From the human T2T-CHM13v2.0 reference genome, Homo sapiens, in assembly GCF_009914755.1 (NCBI RefSeq), contig NC_060931.1: a DNA stretch of 64,000 bases; one strand, given 5' to 3'. The position numbers and the translations under genes were made by a program. Below, in pieces: positions 1-13,570 of this stretch; position 1 is the stretch's first letter; each line of letters starts with the position of its first letter. The notes below the pieces were generated by a model. That model saw only the letters and a list, made by a program, of their open reading frames with translations, was not told the origin of the DNA and made no database searches.

Positions 1-3000
1 ATTCTAATTCATTCCATTCCATTCCATTCCACTTGGGTTGACTCCATTCCATTCCATTGCATTCCATTTCATTTCACTTCAATCCATTCCATTCCATTTC
101 ATTCCATTGCAATCCATTCAATTCTTCCCATTCCATTCCACACGGGTTCATTCCATTACTTTCAGTTGCATTCCATTCCATTCCATTCCATTCCATTCCA
201 TTCCATTACATTACATTACATTACATTACTTTCCAATCGGTTTGACTCCTTTCCATTCCATTCCATTCCATTCCATTCCATTCCACTGAGGTTGATTCCA
301 TTCCATTCCATTCCAATCCGTTCCAATACATTCCATTCCATTCCCTTCCATTCTGGTTGATTCCATTCCATTAAATTCTATTCCATTCCATTCCATTTCA
401 ATCCATTCCTTTCCATTCCATTCCATTCCATTCCATTCCTCACAGGGTGATTGCATTTCATTGCATTCCATTCCATTCCGTTCCACATGGGTTGATTCCT
501 TTCAATTCCATTCCATTCCATTCCACTTCATTCCCTTCCATTCCATTCCGATCTGGTGGTTTCCATTCCATTCCATTCCATTCCATTCCATTCCATTCCA
601 TTCCATTGCATTGCATTCCATTAGCGCTGATTCCAATCCATTCCGTTATGACCCATTACATTCAATTCGACTCCGGTTGATTCCATTCCATTCCAATCCA
701 TTCCATTCCATTCCATTAAATTCCATTCGTGTTTATTCCATTCCGTACTATTCCATCCTATTCTGTTCCATTCGGATTTATTCCATCCCATTCCATGACA
801 TTCCATTCCATTCCATTCCACTCTCGTTGATTCCATTCCATTCCATTCCATTCCATTCCACTATGGTTGATTCCATTCCATTCCATTCCATTCCATTCCA
901 CTCCATTCCATTCCATTCCATTCCATTCCATTCCATTGCATTCCATTGTTCTCTATTCCCTTCCATTCCACTCCATTAGGGGTGATTCCATTCCATTCGT
1001 TTCCATTCCATTCGGATTGATTCCATTCCATTCGATTCCATTCCATTCCATTCCATTCGGGTTGATTCCATTGCATTCCACTCCATTCCAATGCATTCCA
1101 TACCATTCCATGCCATTTCATTCAATTCCATTCCATTCCACTTGCATTGAATCCATTCCATTGCATTCCATTCCATTCCATTCCATTCCATTCCATTCCT
1201 CTCGGGTTGACTCCAATACGTTCCATTCCATTACATTACATTACTTTGCATTTCATCCCATTCGGGTTGATTCCATTCCATTCCATTCCATTCCATTCCA
1301 TTCCATTCCATTCCTTTCAATTCCACTCTAGTTGATTCCATTCCATTCCATTCCATTACATTACATTCAGGTCGTCTCCATTCCATTCCATTGCTTTGCA
1401 TTCTGGTTGACTCCATTCTATTCCTTTCCAATTCATTCCACTCGTGTTGATTCCATTGCATTCAATTGCATTTCATTTCATTCCATTCCAATCCGTTCCC
1501 TTTCATTCCATTCCTATCAACACAGATTGATTCCATTACACTCATTTCCATTCCATTCTATAGCATTCCATTCCATTCCATTCCATTCCATTCCATTCCA
1601 TTCCATTCCATCCCATTCCATTCCATTCCATTCCATTCCATCCCATTCCATTCCTTTCTTCTTACATCCATTCCAGTCCATCCCATTCTATTCCAATCCA
1701 TTACTTTCCACTCCTTTCTATTCCATTCGTGTTGATTCTGTTCGATTTCATTCCATTCTATTCCGTTCCTTTCCATTCCATTCCACTCGGGTTGATTCCA
1801 TTCCATTCCATTCCATTTCGGTGCATTCCAATCCATTCCATTCCATTCCATTCCATTCCACTCGGGTTGATTCCTTTCCATTGCATTCCATTCCATTCCA
1901 TTCCATTCCATTCCATTCCATTCCATTCCATTCCATTCGGGTTTATTCCTTTCCATTCCATTCCATTCCATTCGGGTTTATTCCTTTCCTTTCCACTCCA
2001 ATCATTTCCATTCCATTCCATTACTTTCCATTCCAATTTATCCATTCCATTCCATTCCATTCCGCTCGGGTTGATTCCATTGCATTCTATTCCATTCCAT
2101 TCCATACAATTCCATTCCATTCCATTCTATTTCCTTCCATTCCAATCTGGTTGATTTCATTCCATTCCATTTCCTTCCATTCCATTCCATTTCCTTCCAT
2201 TCAACTCCATTGTATTCCATTCAATTGCATTACACTCGGGTTGATTCCATTCCATTCCATTTTATTCCATTCCATTCCACTCGGTTTTTATTTCCATTCC
2301 ATTCCATTCCCTTCCATTCCATTCCATTCCATTCCATTCCATTCCATAGCATTCCATGCCCCTCAAGTTGATTCCTTTCCATTCCATTCCATTGCATTCG
2401 ATTCCATTGCATTCCGTTCGGGTTGATTCCATTCCATTGTATTCCATTCCATTCCTTTCCATTCCATTCCATTCCATTCCATTCCATTCAATTCCAATCT
2501 TGTTGATTCCATGGCTTTCCATTCCATTCCATTCCATTCCTTTGCATTCCATTCCACTCCATTCCATTCCAATCCATTTTATTCCATTGCATTCCATTCC
2601 ATTCCAATGCATTCCATTCTATTCCATTCCATTCCATTCCATTCCATTCCATTCGGGTTGATTCCATTCCATTCCATTCCATTCCATTACATTCCTTTCC
2701 ATTCCATTCCATTCCGCTTGCGTTGATTTCATTCTATACCATTCCTTTCCATTTCATTCGTGTTGATTCCATTCCATTCCATTCCATTCCATACTATTCC
2801 ATTTGGGTTGATTCCATTCCTTTCAATAAAATTCAATTCCATTCCATTAGGGTTGTTTCCATTCCATTCCATTCCATTATATTGCGTTCATTTCCACTCC
2901 ATACCACACGCGTTGACCCCATTCCATTTGATTTCATTCGTTTGCAATCCATTCCATTCTATTCCATTCCATTCCATTCCATTCCATTCCATTCCATTCC

Positions 3001-6000
3001 ATTCCATTCCATTCCATTCCTTTCCATTACATTCCATTCCATTCCAAACGGGTTCATTCCATTCCTTTCTTTCCATTCCATTCCATTCCACTCGGTTTGA
3101 TTCCATTCCATTCCATTCCACTCCATTCCATTCCATTCCATTCACTTCCATTCCATTCCGTTCCCTTCCATTCCATTCCAATCTGTTCGATTCCATGCCT
3201 TTCCATTCCATTCCATTGCATTCCATTCCACTCCATTCCATTCAATTCCGTTGCATTCCAATCGGGTTGACTCCATTCCATTCCATTTCATTCCTGCGCA
3301 ATCCATTCCATTTCATTCCATTCCATTCCACACAGCTTGGTTCCATTCCATTCTATTCCATTCCATTCCATTCAAGTCCATTCCACCCTTGTTGATTCCA
3401 TTCATTTCCATACCATTCCATTTTATTCCACCCTTGTTGATTCCATTCCTTTCCATTCCTTTCCATTTCATTCCATTCCATTCCATTCCATTCCATTCAA
3501 ATGATCCATTCCATTCCATTCCCTTCCATTCCCTTCCATTCCATTCCATTCCTCTCCATTCCATTAGGGTTGATTCAATTCCATTCCGTTCCATTCGTGT
3601 TGATTCCATACCATTCCTTTCCATTCCATTCCTTTCTTGTTGATTCCATTCCGTTCCATTCCATTCTATTCCATTCCATTCCATTCCATTCCATTCCATT
3701 CCATTCCATTCCACTCGGGTTGATTCCATTCTATACCATTCCTTTCCATTTCAGTCTGGTTGACTCCAGTACATTCCATTCCATTCCATACCATTTCATG
3801 CGGATTGATTCCATCGCAATCAGTACAATTCCATTCCATTCCATTCCATTTGGGTTGATTCCATTCCATTCCATTCCGACCCATTCCACTCCATTTCATT
3901 CCATTCCATTCCATTCCACTAGAGTTGATTCCATTCCATTCAATTTTATTCAATTCCATTCAATTCCAATTCATTCCATTCCATTCGTGTTAATTCCATT
4001 CCTTTCCATTCCATTCCGTTCCTTGCCATTCCTTTCCTCTCCATTCCATTCCATTCTATACCCTTCCATTCCATTCCAATGTGGTGGATTCTATTCCATT
4101 CCTTTGCATTCCATTGCATTCCACTCGGCTTTCCATTACATTCCATTCCATGCCATTCCATTCCACTCGGGATGATTCCATTCCATTCCATTCCATTCCA
4201 TTCCATTCCAATCTGGTTGATTCCTTTCCACTCCTTTCCATTCCATTCCATTCCATTCCATTCTTGTTGATTTCACTCCATTCGATTCCATTGCATTCCA
4301 TTCCATTCTGGTTGATTCCATACAATTCCATTGCATTTTATTCCATTCCGTTGCATTCCATTCTATTCCATTCCATTCCATTCCATTCTAATTCATTCCA
4401 TTACATTCCATTCCACTCGGGTTGACTCCATTCCATTCCATTGCATTCCATTTCATTTCATTTCAATCCATTCCATTCCATTTCATTTCATTTCAATCCA
4501 CTCAATTCTTCCCATTCCATTCCACACGGGTTCATTCCAATACTTTCAGTTGCATTCCATTCCATTCCTTTCCATTCCTTTCCATTCCATTCCATTCCAT
4601 TCCATTCCATTCCATTCCAATCGGTTTGACTCCATTCCATTCCATTCCATTCCATTCCATTCTATTCAATTTCATTGCATTTCACTCGGGTTGATTCCTT
4701 TCCATTGCATTCCATTCCATTCCATTCCATTCCATTCCTTTCCTTTCTACTCGTGTTGATTCCATTCCTTTCAATTAAATTCGATTCCATTACATTCCAT
4801 TTCATTCCATTCCATTGCATTCCACTCAGGTTGATTCCAATCCATTCCATTTTTTTCCATTCCATTAGAATCCATTCCATTCCATTCCATTCCATTCCAT
4901 GCCATGCCATGCCATTCCATTCCATTCCATTTAATTCCATTCCATTCGTGTTTATTCCATTCCATTCCATTCCATTCTATTCCACTCAGGTTGATTCCAT
5001 TCCATTCCATTGTATTCCATTCCAGTGCATTCCAATACATTCCATTCCATTCGCTTCCATTCTGGTTAATTCCACTCCATTAAATTCTATTCGAATCCAT
5101 TCCTTTCCATACCATTCAATTACATTCCATTCCATTCCACAAGAGTTGATTCCATTGCATTCCCTTCCATTCCATTCCATTCCATTCCATTCCATTCCAT
5201 TCCATTCCATTCCACATGGGTTAATTCCTTTCAATTCCTTTCCATTCCATTCCATTTCATTGCCTTCCATTCCATTCCGATTAGGTGGATTCCATTCCAT
5301 TCCATTCCATTCCATTCCATTCCATTCCATTGCATTCCTTTCGCATTGATTCCAATCCATTCCATTATAACCCATTACATTCCATTCTACTCCAGTTGAT
5401 TCCATTCCACTCCATTCCATTCCATTCCATTCCATTCCATTCGTGTTTATTCCATTCCATACTATTCCATTCCATTCCCTTCCATTCGAATTTTTTACAA
5501 TCCATTCCATTCCATTCCATACTATTCCATTTGGGTTGATTCCGTTCCATTCAATAAAATTCAATTCCATTCCTTTAGGGTTGTTTCCATTCCCTTCCAT
5601 TCCATTACATTGCGTTCCTTTCCACTCCACACCACACGCGTTGACCCCTTTCCATTTCATTTCATTCGTTTGCAATCCATTCCATTCCATTCCATTCCAT
5701 TCCATTCCATTCCATTCCGCACGGTTTGATAACATTCCATTCCACTCAATTCCACCCTGGTTGTTTACATTATTTTCCATTCCATTTTATTCCATTCCAT
5801 TTCATACCATTCCATTCCTTTCCACTCCATTCCATTCCATTCCACTCCATTCCATTCCAATCCATTCCATTCCATTCCACTCTGGTTGATTTCGTTCCAT
5901 TCCATTTTATTCCATTCCATTCCATGCCATTCCATTCTTTCCATTCCATTCAATTCCATTCCAGTCCACTTGGGTTGATTCCATTCCGTTCCATTCCATT

Positions 6001-9000
6001 CCATTCCGTTCCATTCCATTCGGCTTGATTCCTTTCCATTCCATTCCATTCCATTCCATTCCATTGCATTCCATTCGGGTTGATTCCTTTCCATTCCATT
6101 CCATTCCATTCGATTCCATTGCATTCCATTAGGGTTGTTTCCATTCCGTTCTATTCCATGCATTCGTGTTGATTTCATTCCATTCCATTCCATTCCAGTT
6201 CGTTCCTTTCCATTCCATTCCATTCCATTCGTGTTCAATAAATTCCGTTCCATTTCATTCTATGCCAATCCATTCCTTTGCATTCCATTGCATTCCATTC
6301 TGGTTGATTCCATTCCATAACATTCCATTCATTTCCAATCCATTCCATTCCATTCTATTCCATTCCATTCCATTCCATTCCACTTGGGTTGATTCCATTC
6401 CATTAGTTCCCGTACCGTTTCATTCCATTCCAATCCATTCCATTCCATTTCATTCCTTTCCATTACATTCCATTCCATTCCAAACGGGTTCATTCCATTC
6501 CTTTCTTTCCATTCCATTCCATTCCACTCGGTTTGATTCCATTCCATTCCATTCCACTCCATTCCATTCCATTCCATTCACTTCCATTCCATTCCATTCC
6601 CTTCCATTCCATTCCAATCTGTTCGATTCCATGCCTTTCCATTCCATTCCATTGCATTCCATTCCACTCCATTCCATTCAATTCCGTTGCATTCCAATCG
6701 GGTTGACTCCATTCCATTCCATTTCATTCCTGCGCAATCCATTCCATTTCATTCCATTCCATTCCACACAGCTTGGTTCCATTCCATTCTATTCCATTCC
6801 ATTCCATTCAAGTCCATTCCACCCTTGTTGATTCCATTCATTTCCATACCATTCCATTTTATTCCACCCTTGTTGATTCCATTCCTTTCCATTCCTTTCC
6901 ATTTCATTCCATTCCATTCCATTCCATTCCATTCAAATGATCCATTCCATTCCATTCCCTTCCATTCCCTTCCATTCCATTCCATTCCTCTCCATTCCAT
7001 TAGGGTTGATTCAATTCCATTCCGTTCCATTCGTGTTGATTCCATACCATTCCTTTCCATTCCATTCCTTTCTTGTTGATTCCATTCCGTTCCATTCCAT
7101 TCTATTCCATTCCATTCCATTCCATTCCATTCCATTCCATTCCATTCCATTCCACTCGGGTTGATTCCATTCTATACCATTCCTTTCCATTTCAGTCTGG
7201 TTGACTCCAGTACATTCCATTCCATTCCATACCATTTCATGCGGATTGATTCCATCGCAATCAGTACAATTCCATTCCATTCCATTCCATTTCATTTGGG
7301 TTGATTCCATTCCATTCCATTCCGATCCATTCCACTCCATTTCATTCCATTCCATTCCATTCCACTAGAGTTGATTCCATTCCATTCAATTTTATTCAAT
7401 TCCATTCAATTCCAATTCATTCCATTCCATTCGTGTTAATTCCATTCCTTTCCATTCCATTCCGTTCCTTGCCATTCCTTTCCTCTCCATTCCATTCCAT
7501 TCTATACCCTTCCATTCCATTCCAATGTGGTGGATTCTATTCCATTCCTTTGCATTCCATTGCATTCCACTCGGCTTGATACCATTCCATTACATTCCAT
7601 TCCATGCCATTCCATTCCACTCGGGATGATTCCATTCCATTCCATTCCATTCCATTCCATTCCAATCTGGTTGATTCCTTTCCACTCCTTTCCATTCCAT
7701 TCCATTCCATTCCATTCTTGTTGATTTCACTCCATTCGATTCCATTGCATTCCATTCCATTCTGGTTGATTCCATACAATTCCATTGCATTTTATTCCAT
7801 TCCGTTGCATTCCATTCTATTCCATTCCATTCCATTCCATTCTAATTCATTCCATTACATTCCATTCCACTCGGGTTGACTCCATTCCATTCCATTGCAT
7901 TCCATTTCATTTCATTTCAATCCATTCCATTCCATTTCATTTCATTTCAATCCACTCAATTCTTCCCATTCCATTCCACACGGGTTCATTCCAATACTTT
8001 CAGTTGCATTCCATTCCATTCCTTTCCATTCCTTTCCATTCCATTCCATTCCATTCCATTCCATTCCAATCGGTTTGACTCCATTCCATTCCATTCCATT
8101 CCATTCCATTCCATTCCATTCTATTCAATTTCATTGCATTTCACTCGGGTTGATTCCTTTCCATTGCATTCCATTCCATTCCATTCCATTCCATTCCATT
8201 CCTTTCCTTTCTACTCGTGTTGATTCCATTCCTTTCAATTAAATTCGATTCCATTACATTCCATTTCATTCCATTCCATTGCATTCCACTCAGGTTGATT
8301 CCAATCCATTCCATTTTTTTCCATTCCATTAGAATCCATTCCATTCCATTCCATTCCATTCCATACCATGCCATGCCATTCCATTCCATTCCATTTAATT
8401 CCATTTCATTCGTGTTTATTCCATTCCATTCCATTGCATTCTATTCCACTCAGGTTGATTCCATTCCATTCCATTGTATTCCATTCCAGTGCATTCCAAT
8501 ACATTCCATTCCATTCGCTTCCATTCTGGTTAATTCCACTCCATTAAATTCTATTCGAATCCATTCCTTTCCATACCATTCAATTACATTCCATTCCATT
8601 CCACAAGGGTTGATTCCATTGCATTCCCTTCCATTCCATTCCATTCCATTCCATTCCATTCCATTCCACATGGGTTAATTCCTTTCAATTCCTTTCCATT
8701 CCATTCCATTTCATTGCCTTCCATTCCATTCCGATTAGGTGGATTCCATTCCATTCCATTCCATTCCATTCCATTCCATTCCATTCCATTGCATTCCTTT
8801 CGCATTGATTCCAATCCATTCCATTATAACCCATTACATTCCATTCTACTCCGGTTGATTCCATTCCACTCCATTCCATTCCATTCCATTCCATTCCATT
8901 CCATTCCATTCGTGTTTATTCCATTCCATACTATTCCATTCCATTCCCTTCCATTCGAATTTTTTACAATCCATTCCATTCCATTCCATACTATTCCATT

Positions 9001-12000
9001 TGGGTTGATTCCGTTCCATTCAATAAAATTCAATTCCATTCCTTTAGGGTTGTTTCCATTCCCTTCCATTCCATTACATTGCGTTCCTTTCCACTCCATA
9101 CCACACGCGTTGACCCCTTTCCATTTCATTTCATTCGTTTGCAATCCATTCCATTCCATTCCATTCCATTCCATTCCGCACGGTTTGATAACATTCCATT
9201 CCACTCAATTCCACCCTGGTTGTTTACATTATTTTCCATTCCATTTTATTCCATTCCATTTCATACCATTCCATTCCTTTCCACTCCATTCCATTCCATT
9301 CCACTCCATTCCATTCCAATCCATTCCATTCCATTCCACTCTGGTTGATTTCGTTCCATTCCATTTTATTCCATTCCATTCCATGCCATTCCATTCTTTC
9401 CATTCCATTCAATTCCATTCCAGTCCACTTGGGTTGATTCCATTCCGTTCCATTCCATTCCATTCCGTTCCATTCCATTCGGCTTGATTCCTTTCCATTC
9501 CATTCCATTCCATTCCATTCCATTGCATTCCATTCGGGTTGATTCCTTTCCATTCCATTCCATTCCATTCGATTCCATTGCATTCCATTAGGGTTGTTTC
9601 CATTCCGTTCTATTCCATGCATTCGTGTTGATTTCATTCCATTCCATTCCATTCCAGTTCGTTCCATTCCATTCCATTCCATTCCATTCGTGTTCAATAA
9701 ATTCCATTCCATTTCATTCTATGCCAATCCATTCCTTTGCATTCCATTGCATTCCATTCTGGTTGATTCCATTCCATAACATTCCATTCATTTCCAATCC
9801 ATTCCATTCCATTCTATTCCATTCCATTCCATTCCATTCCACTTGGGTTGATTCCATTCCATTCGTTCCCGTACCGTTTCATTCCATTCCAATCCATTCC
9901 ATTCCATTTCATTCCTTTCCATTACATTCCATTCCATTCCAAACGGGTTCATTCCATTCCTTTCTTTCCATTCCATTCCATTCCACTCGGTTTGATTCCA
10001 TTCCATTCCATTCCACTCCATTCCATTCCATTCCATTCACTTCCATTCCATTCCATTCCCTTCCATTCCATTCCAATCTGTTCGATTCCATGCCTTTCCA
10101 TTCCATTCCATTGCATTCCATTCCACTCCATTCCATTCAATTCCGTTGCATTCCAATCGGGTTGACTCCATTCCATTCCATTTCATTCCTGCGCAATCCA
10201 TTCCATTTCATTCCATTCCATTCCACACAGTTTGGTTCCATTCCATTCTATTCCATTCCATTCCATTCAAGTCCATTCCACCCTTGTTGATTCCATTCAT
10301 TTCCATAGCATTCCATTTTATTCCACCCTTGTTGATTCCATTCCTTTCCATTCCATTCCATTTCATTCCATAGCATTCCATTCCAGTCCATTCCAATCCA
10401 TTCCATTCCAATCCACTCGGGTTGACTCCATTCCATTCCATCCCATTGCAGTCCATACCATTCCATTGCATTCCATTCCATTACAATCCATTCCATTCCA
10501 TTCCATTCCATTCCATTCCAATCCATTCCATTCCATTCCATTTCTTTCCACTCGGGTTGGACTCATCCATTCCATTCCATTCCATTCCATTCGATTCAGG
10601 TTAATTCCATTCCATTCCATTCCATTGCATTCCACACGGGTTGATTGAATTCCATTCCCTTTTATTCCATTCCATTCCATTCCACACGATTCGATTCCTT
10701 TCCATTCCATTTGATTGCATTCCATTCGTGATGAATCCATTCCATTCCAATCCATTCTATTAAATTCTATTCCTTTCCTTTCCATTCCATTAGATTCGTG
10801 TTGATTCCATTCTCTTCTCTTCTATTTTATTGCATTCCATTCAATTCCATTCTAGGCGGGTTGATTAAATTTGATTCCATTCCTTTCCATATGATTCCAT
10901 TCCTATCCTTTACATTCCATTCCATTCCATTCCACTTGGGTTCATTCCATTCCTTTCCCTTCAATTCCTTTCCTTTCCATCCCATTCGGGTTCATTTCAT
11001 TCCATTCCATTCCATTCAATTCCATTCCAGTCCATTCCATTCCATTCCACTCGGGTTGAGTCCATTCCATTCCATTCCATTCCATTCAACTCAATTCCAT
11101 TCCATTCCATTGCATTCCACTCTGGTTGATTCCATTCCATTCGATTCAATTCCATTCCATTCCATTCAGGTTGATTATGTTCCATTTGATTAAAATACAT
11201 TCTGTTCCATTCTGGTTGATTCCATTTCATTCCAATCAATTCCATTCCATTGTACTCCATTCCTTTCCATTCCATTCCATTCTATTGCATTCCATTCCAT
11301 TCCTTTCCATTCGAATCCATTCCATTCCATTCCATTCCACTCTGGTTGATTCCATTCCATACCATTCCATTCCATTCCATGACATTCCATTCCTTTCCAC
11401 TCCATTTTAATTGATTGCATTCCATTCGATTCCATTCCATTCCATGCCATTCCACTCCATTCGGATTGATTCAATTCCATTCGATTACATTCCTTTAAAT
11501 TCCATTCATTTGATTCCATTCCATTTCATTCCATTCCATTCTGGTTGATTCCATGCCATTCCATTCCTTTCAATTGCATTCAATTTTATTCCATTCCATT
11601 CCATTCCTTTCCACTCGGGTTGATTCCATTTTATTCCTTTCCATACAATTCTTTCCCATTAATTTCCATTCTATTCAATTCCACTCCATTCCATTCCATT
11701 CCATTCCATTGATTTCCACTCGTGTTGATTCCTTTCCAATCCATTTTATTCCATTCCATTCCATTCCATAACATTCCATTCCATTCGTTTCCATTCCATT
11801 CCACTCGGGTTGACTCCATTCCATTCCATTCCCTGCCATTCCATTCCATTCCATTCCATTTCATTCCATTTGGGTTGATTCCGTTCCATTCCAATCCATT
11901 CCATTGCATTCCATTCCTCTCCATTCCATTCCATTCCATTGAATTCCACTCGGGTTGATTCCTTTCTATTCAATTTTATTCCATTCCATTTCATTCCATC

Positions 12001-13556
12001 CCATTCCATTCCATGTCATTCCATTCCATGCCATTCCATTCCATTCCATTCCATTCCATTCAAATCCATTCCTCTGCATTCCATTCCATTCCATTGCATT
12101 CCTCTCGCGTTGATTCCTTTCCATTGCATTCCATTCCATTCCATTGCATTCCATTCCATTGCATTCCTTTCCACTCGGGTTGATTCCATTCCATTTCGTT
12201 TTATTCCATTCCTTTTAAATCCGTTCAACTCCACTCGGGTTGATTCCATTCCATTCCATTCCATTCGGGTTGATTGCATTCCATTCCATTCCATTCCATT
12301 CCATTTGTGATCATTGCATTCCATTCAATTCTATTCATTCCATTCCATTTTATTCCATTCTTGTTGATTCCATTCCATTCGACTCAATTTCATTCGATTC
12401 TTTCCGTTTCATTAGACTAAGGTTGATTCCATTTCATTCCATTTCATTCCGTTCCACTCCAATCCATTCCACTGCATTCCATTCCATTCCATTGCATTCC
12501 ATTTCACTCCATTCCCTTCAATTCTATTCCAGTCGAGTTGATTTCTTTCCATTCCATTCCATTCCATTCCCTTCCTTTCAATTCCAATCCGTTTGATTCC
12601 ATTCCATTGCATTCCACTCCATTCTATTCCATTGTATTGCATTCCACTCGTGTTGATTCCATTCCATACCATTCCATTCCATTCCATTCGGATTGATTCA
12701 ATTGCATTTGATTCCATTCCCTTACATTCCATTATGGTTGATTGAATAACATTTAATTCCATTCCATTGCATTCCATTCCATTCCATCCATTCAATTCCC
12801 CTCAGGTTGATTCCATTCCATTCCTTTCCTTCCCATTCCATTCCATTCAATTCCATTCATGCTATTTCAATTCCATTCCTTTTCCTACTCTTCTATTCCA
12901 TTCCATTCCGTTCCATTCCATTCCATTCCATCCCATTCCACTCTGGTCGATTCCATTCCATTCCATTGCTTTCCATCCCATTCCATTCCATTCAATTCAT
13001 GTTTATACCATTCCATTCCATTTCCTTCTATTCGATTCCATTCCATTCCGTTCCATTCCATTCCATTCCATTCCATTCAACTCGGGTTGATTCCATTCCA
13101 TTCCCTTCCTTTCCATCGCGTTCCATTCCATTCCATTCGTGTTGATTCCATTCCACTCCATTTCCTTCTATTCAATTACATTTCATTCTGTTCGGTTCCT
13201 CTCCATTCCATTCGGTTCCATTCCATTCCATTCCATTGCATTTCACTCCATTCGTGTTGATTCCATTCCATTCCATTCCATTCTATTCCATTTCATTCCA
13301 TTCCACTCGGTTTGATTCCATTCCATTCCATTCCACACGGGTTTATTCCATTTTATTCCGTTCCATCCCATTCCATTCCATTCCTTTTAGTTCCATTCCA
13401 TTCCATTCCATTCCACTCCATTCCCCACGGATTGATTCCATTGCATTCCATTCCTTTCCATTCCATTTAATTCCAATCCATTCCATAATATTCCTCTCGG
13501 GTTGATTCAATTCCTTTCCATTCCTTTACACTCAGGTTGAGTCCATTCCATTCCAT
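1..13556 (+). repeat. Human satellite 3 (HSat3 / satellite III) array, CATTC strand on +
   Basis: Continuous diverged (CATTC)n pentamers, interrupted every few tens of bp by ACTCGGGTTGATTCC-type nodes (reverse complement of the HSat3 signature CAACCCGAGT), e.g. at 1786, 1860, 3713, 11603. The GATGAT motif of HSat2 is essentially absent. The array runs off the left edge. Confidence 0.97.
3020..10370 (+). repeat. Recent ~3.45 kb tandem higher-order duplication within HSat3 (~2.1 copies)
   Basis: The marker CAAACGGGTTCATTCC occurs at 3045, 6481 and 9940 (offsets 3436 and 3459). ORF-track translations 3251..3643 and 6687..7079 are identical, and 6166..6831 and 9625..10290 nearly so. Homology stops near 10370. 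Confidence 0.9.
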
Positions 13557-13570
13557 TGGAATGGAATGGA
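13542..13570. other. Strand-switch junction 1 (CATTC to GGAAT): 14-bp inverted repeat with 1-nt spacer
   Basis: TCCATTCCATTCCA-T-TGGAATGGAATGGA, read directly at 13542-13570. Confidence 0.95.

Noticed and set aside
13551-13561. Canonical heat-shock element created by the strand switches
   Set aside because: An HSE needs nGAAnnTTCn / nTTCnnGAAn spacing of 2. Junction 1 gives a spacing of 5 and junction 2 a spacing of 0.
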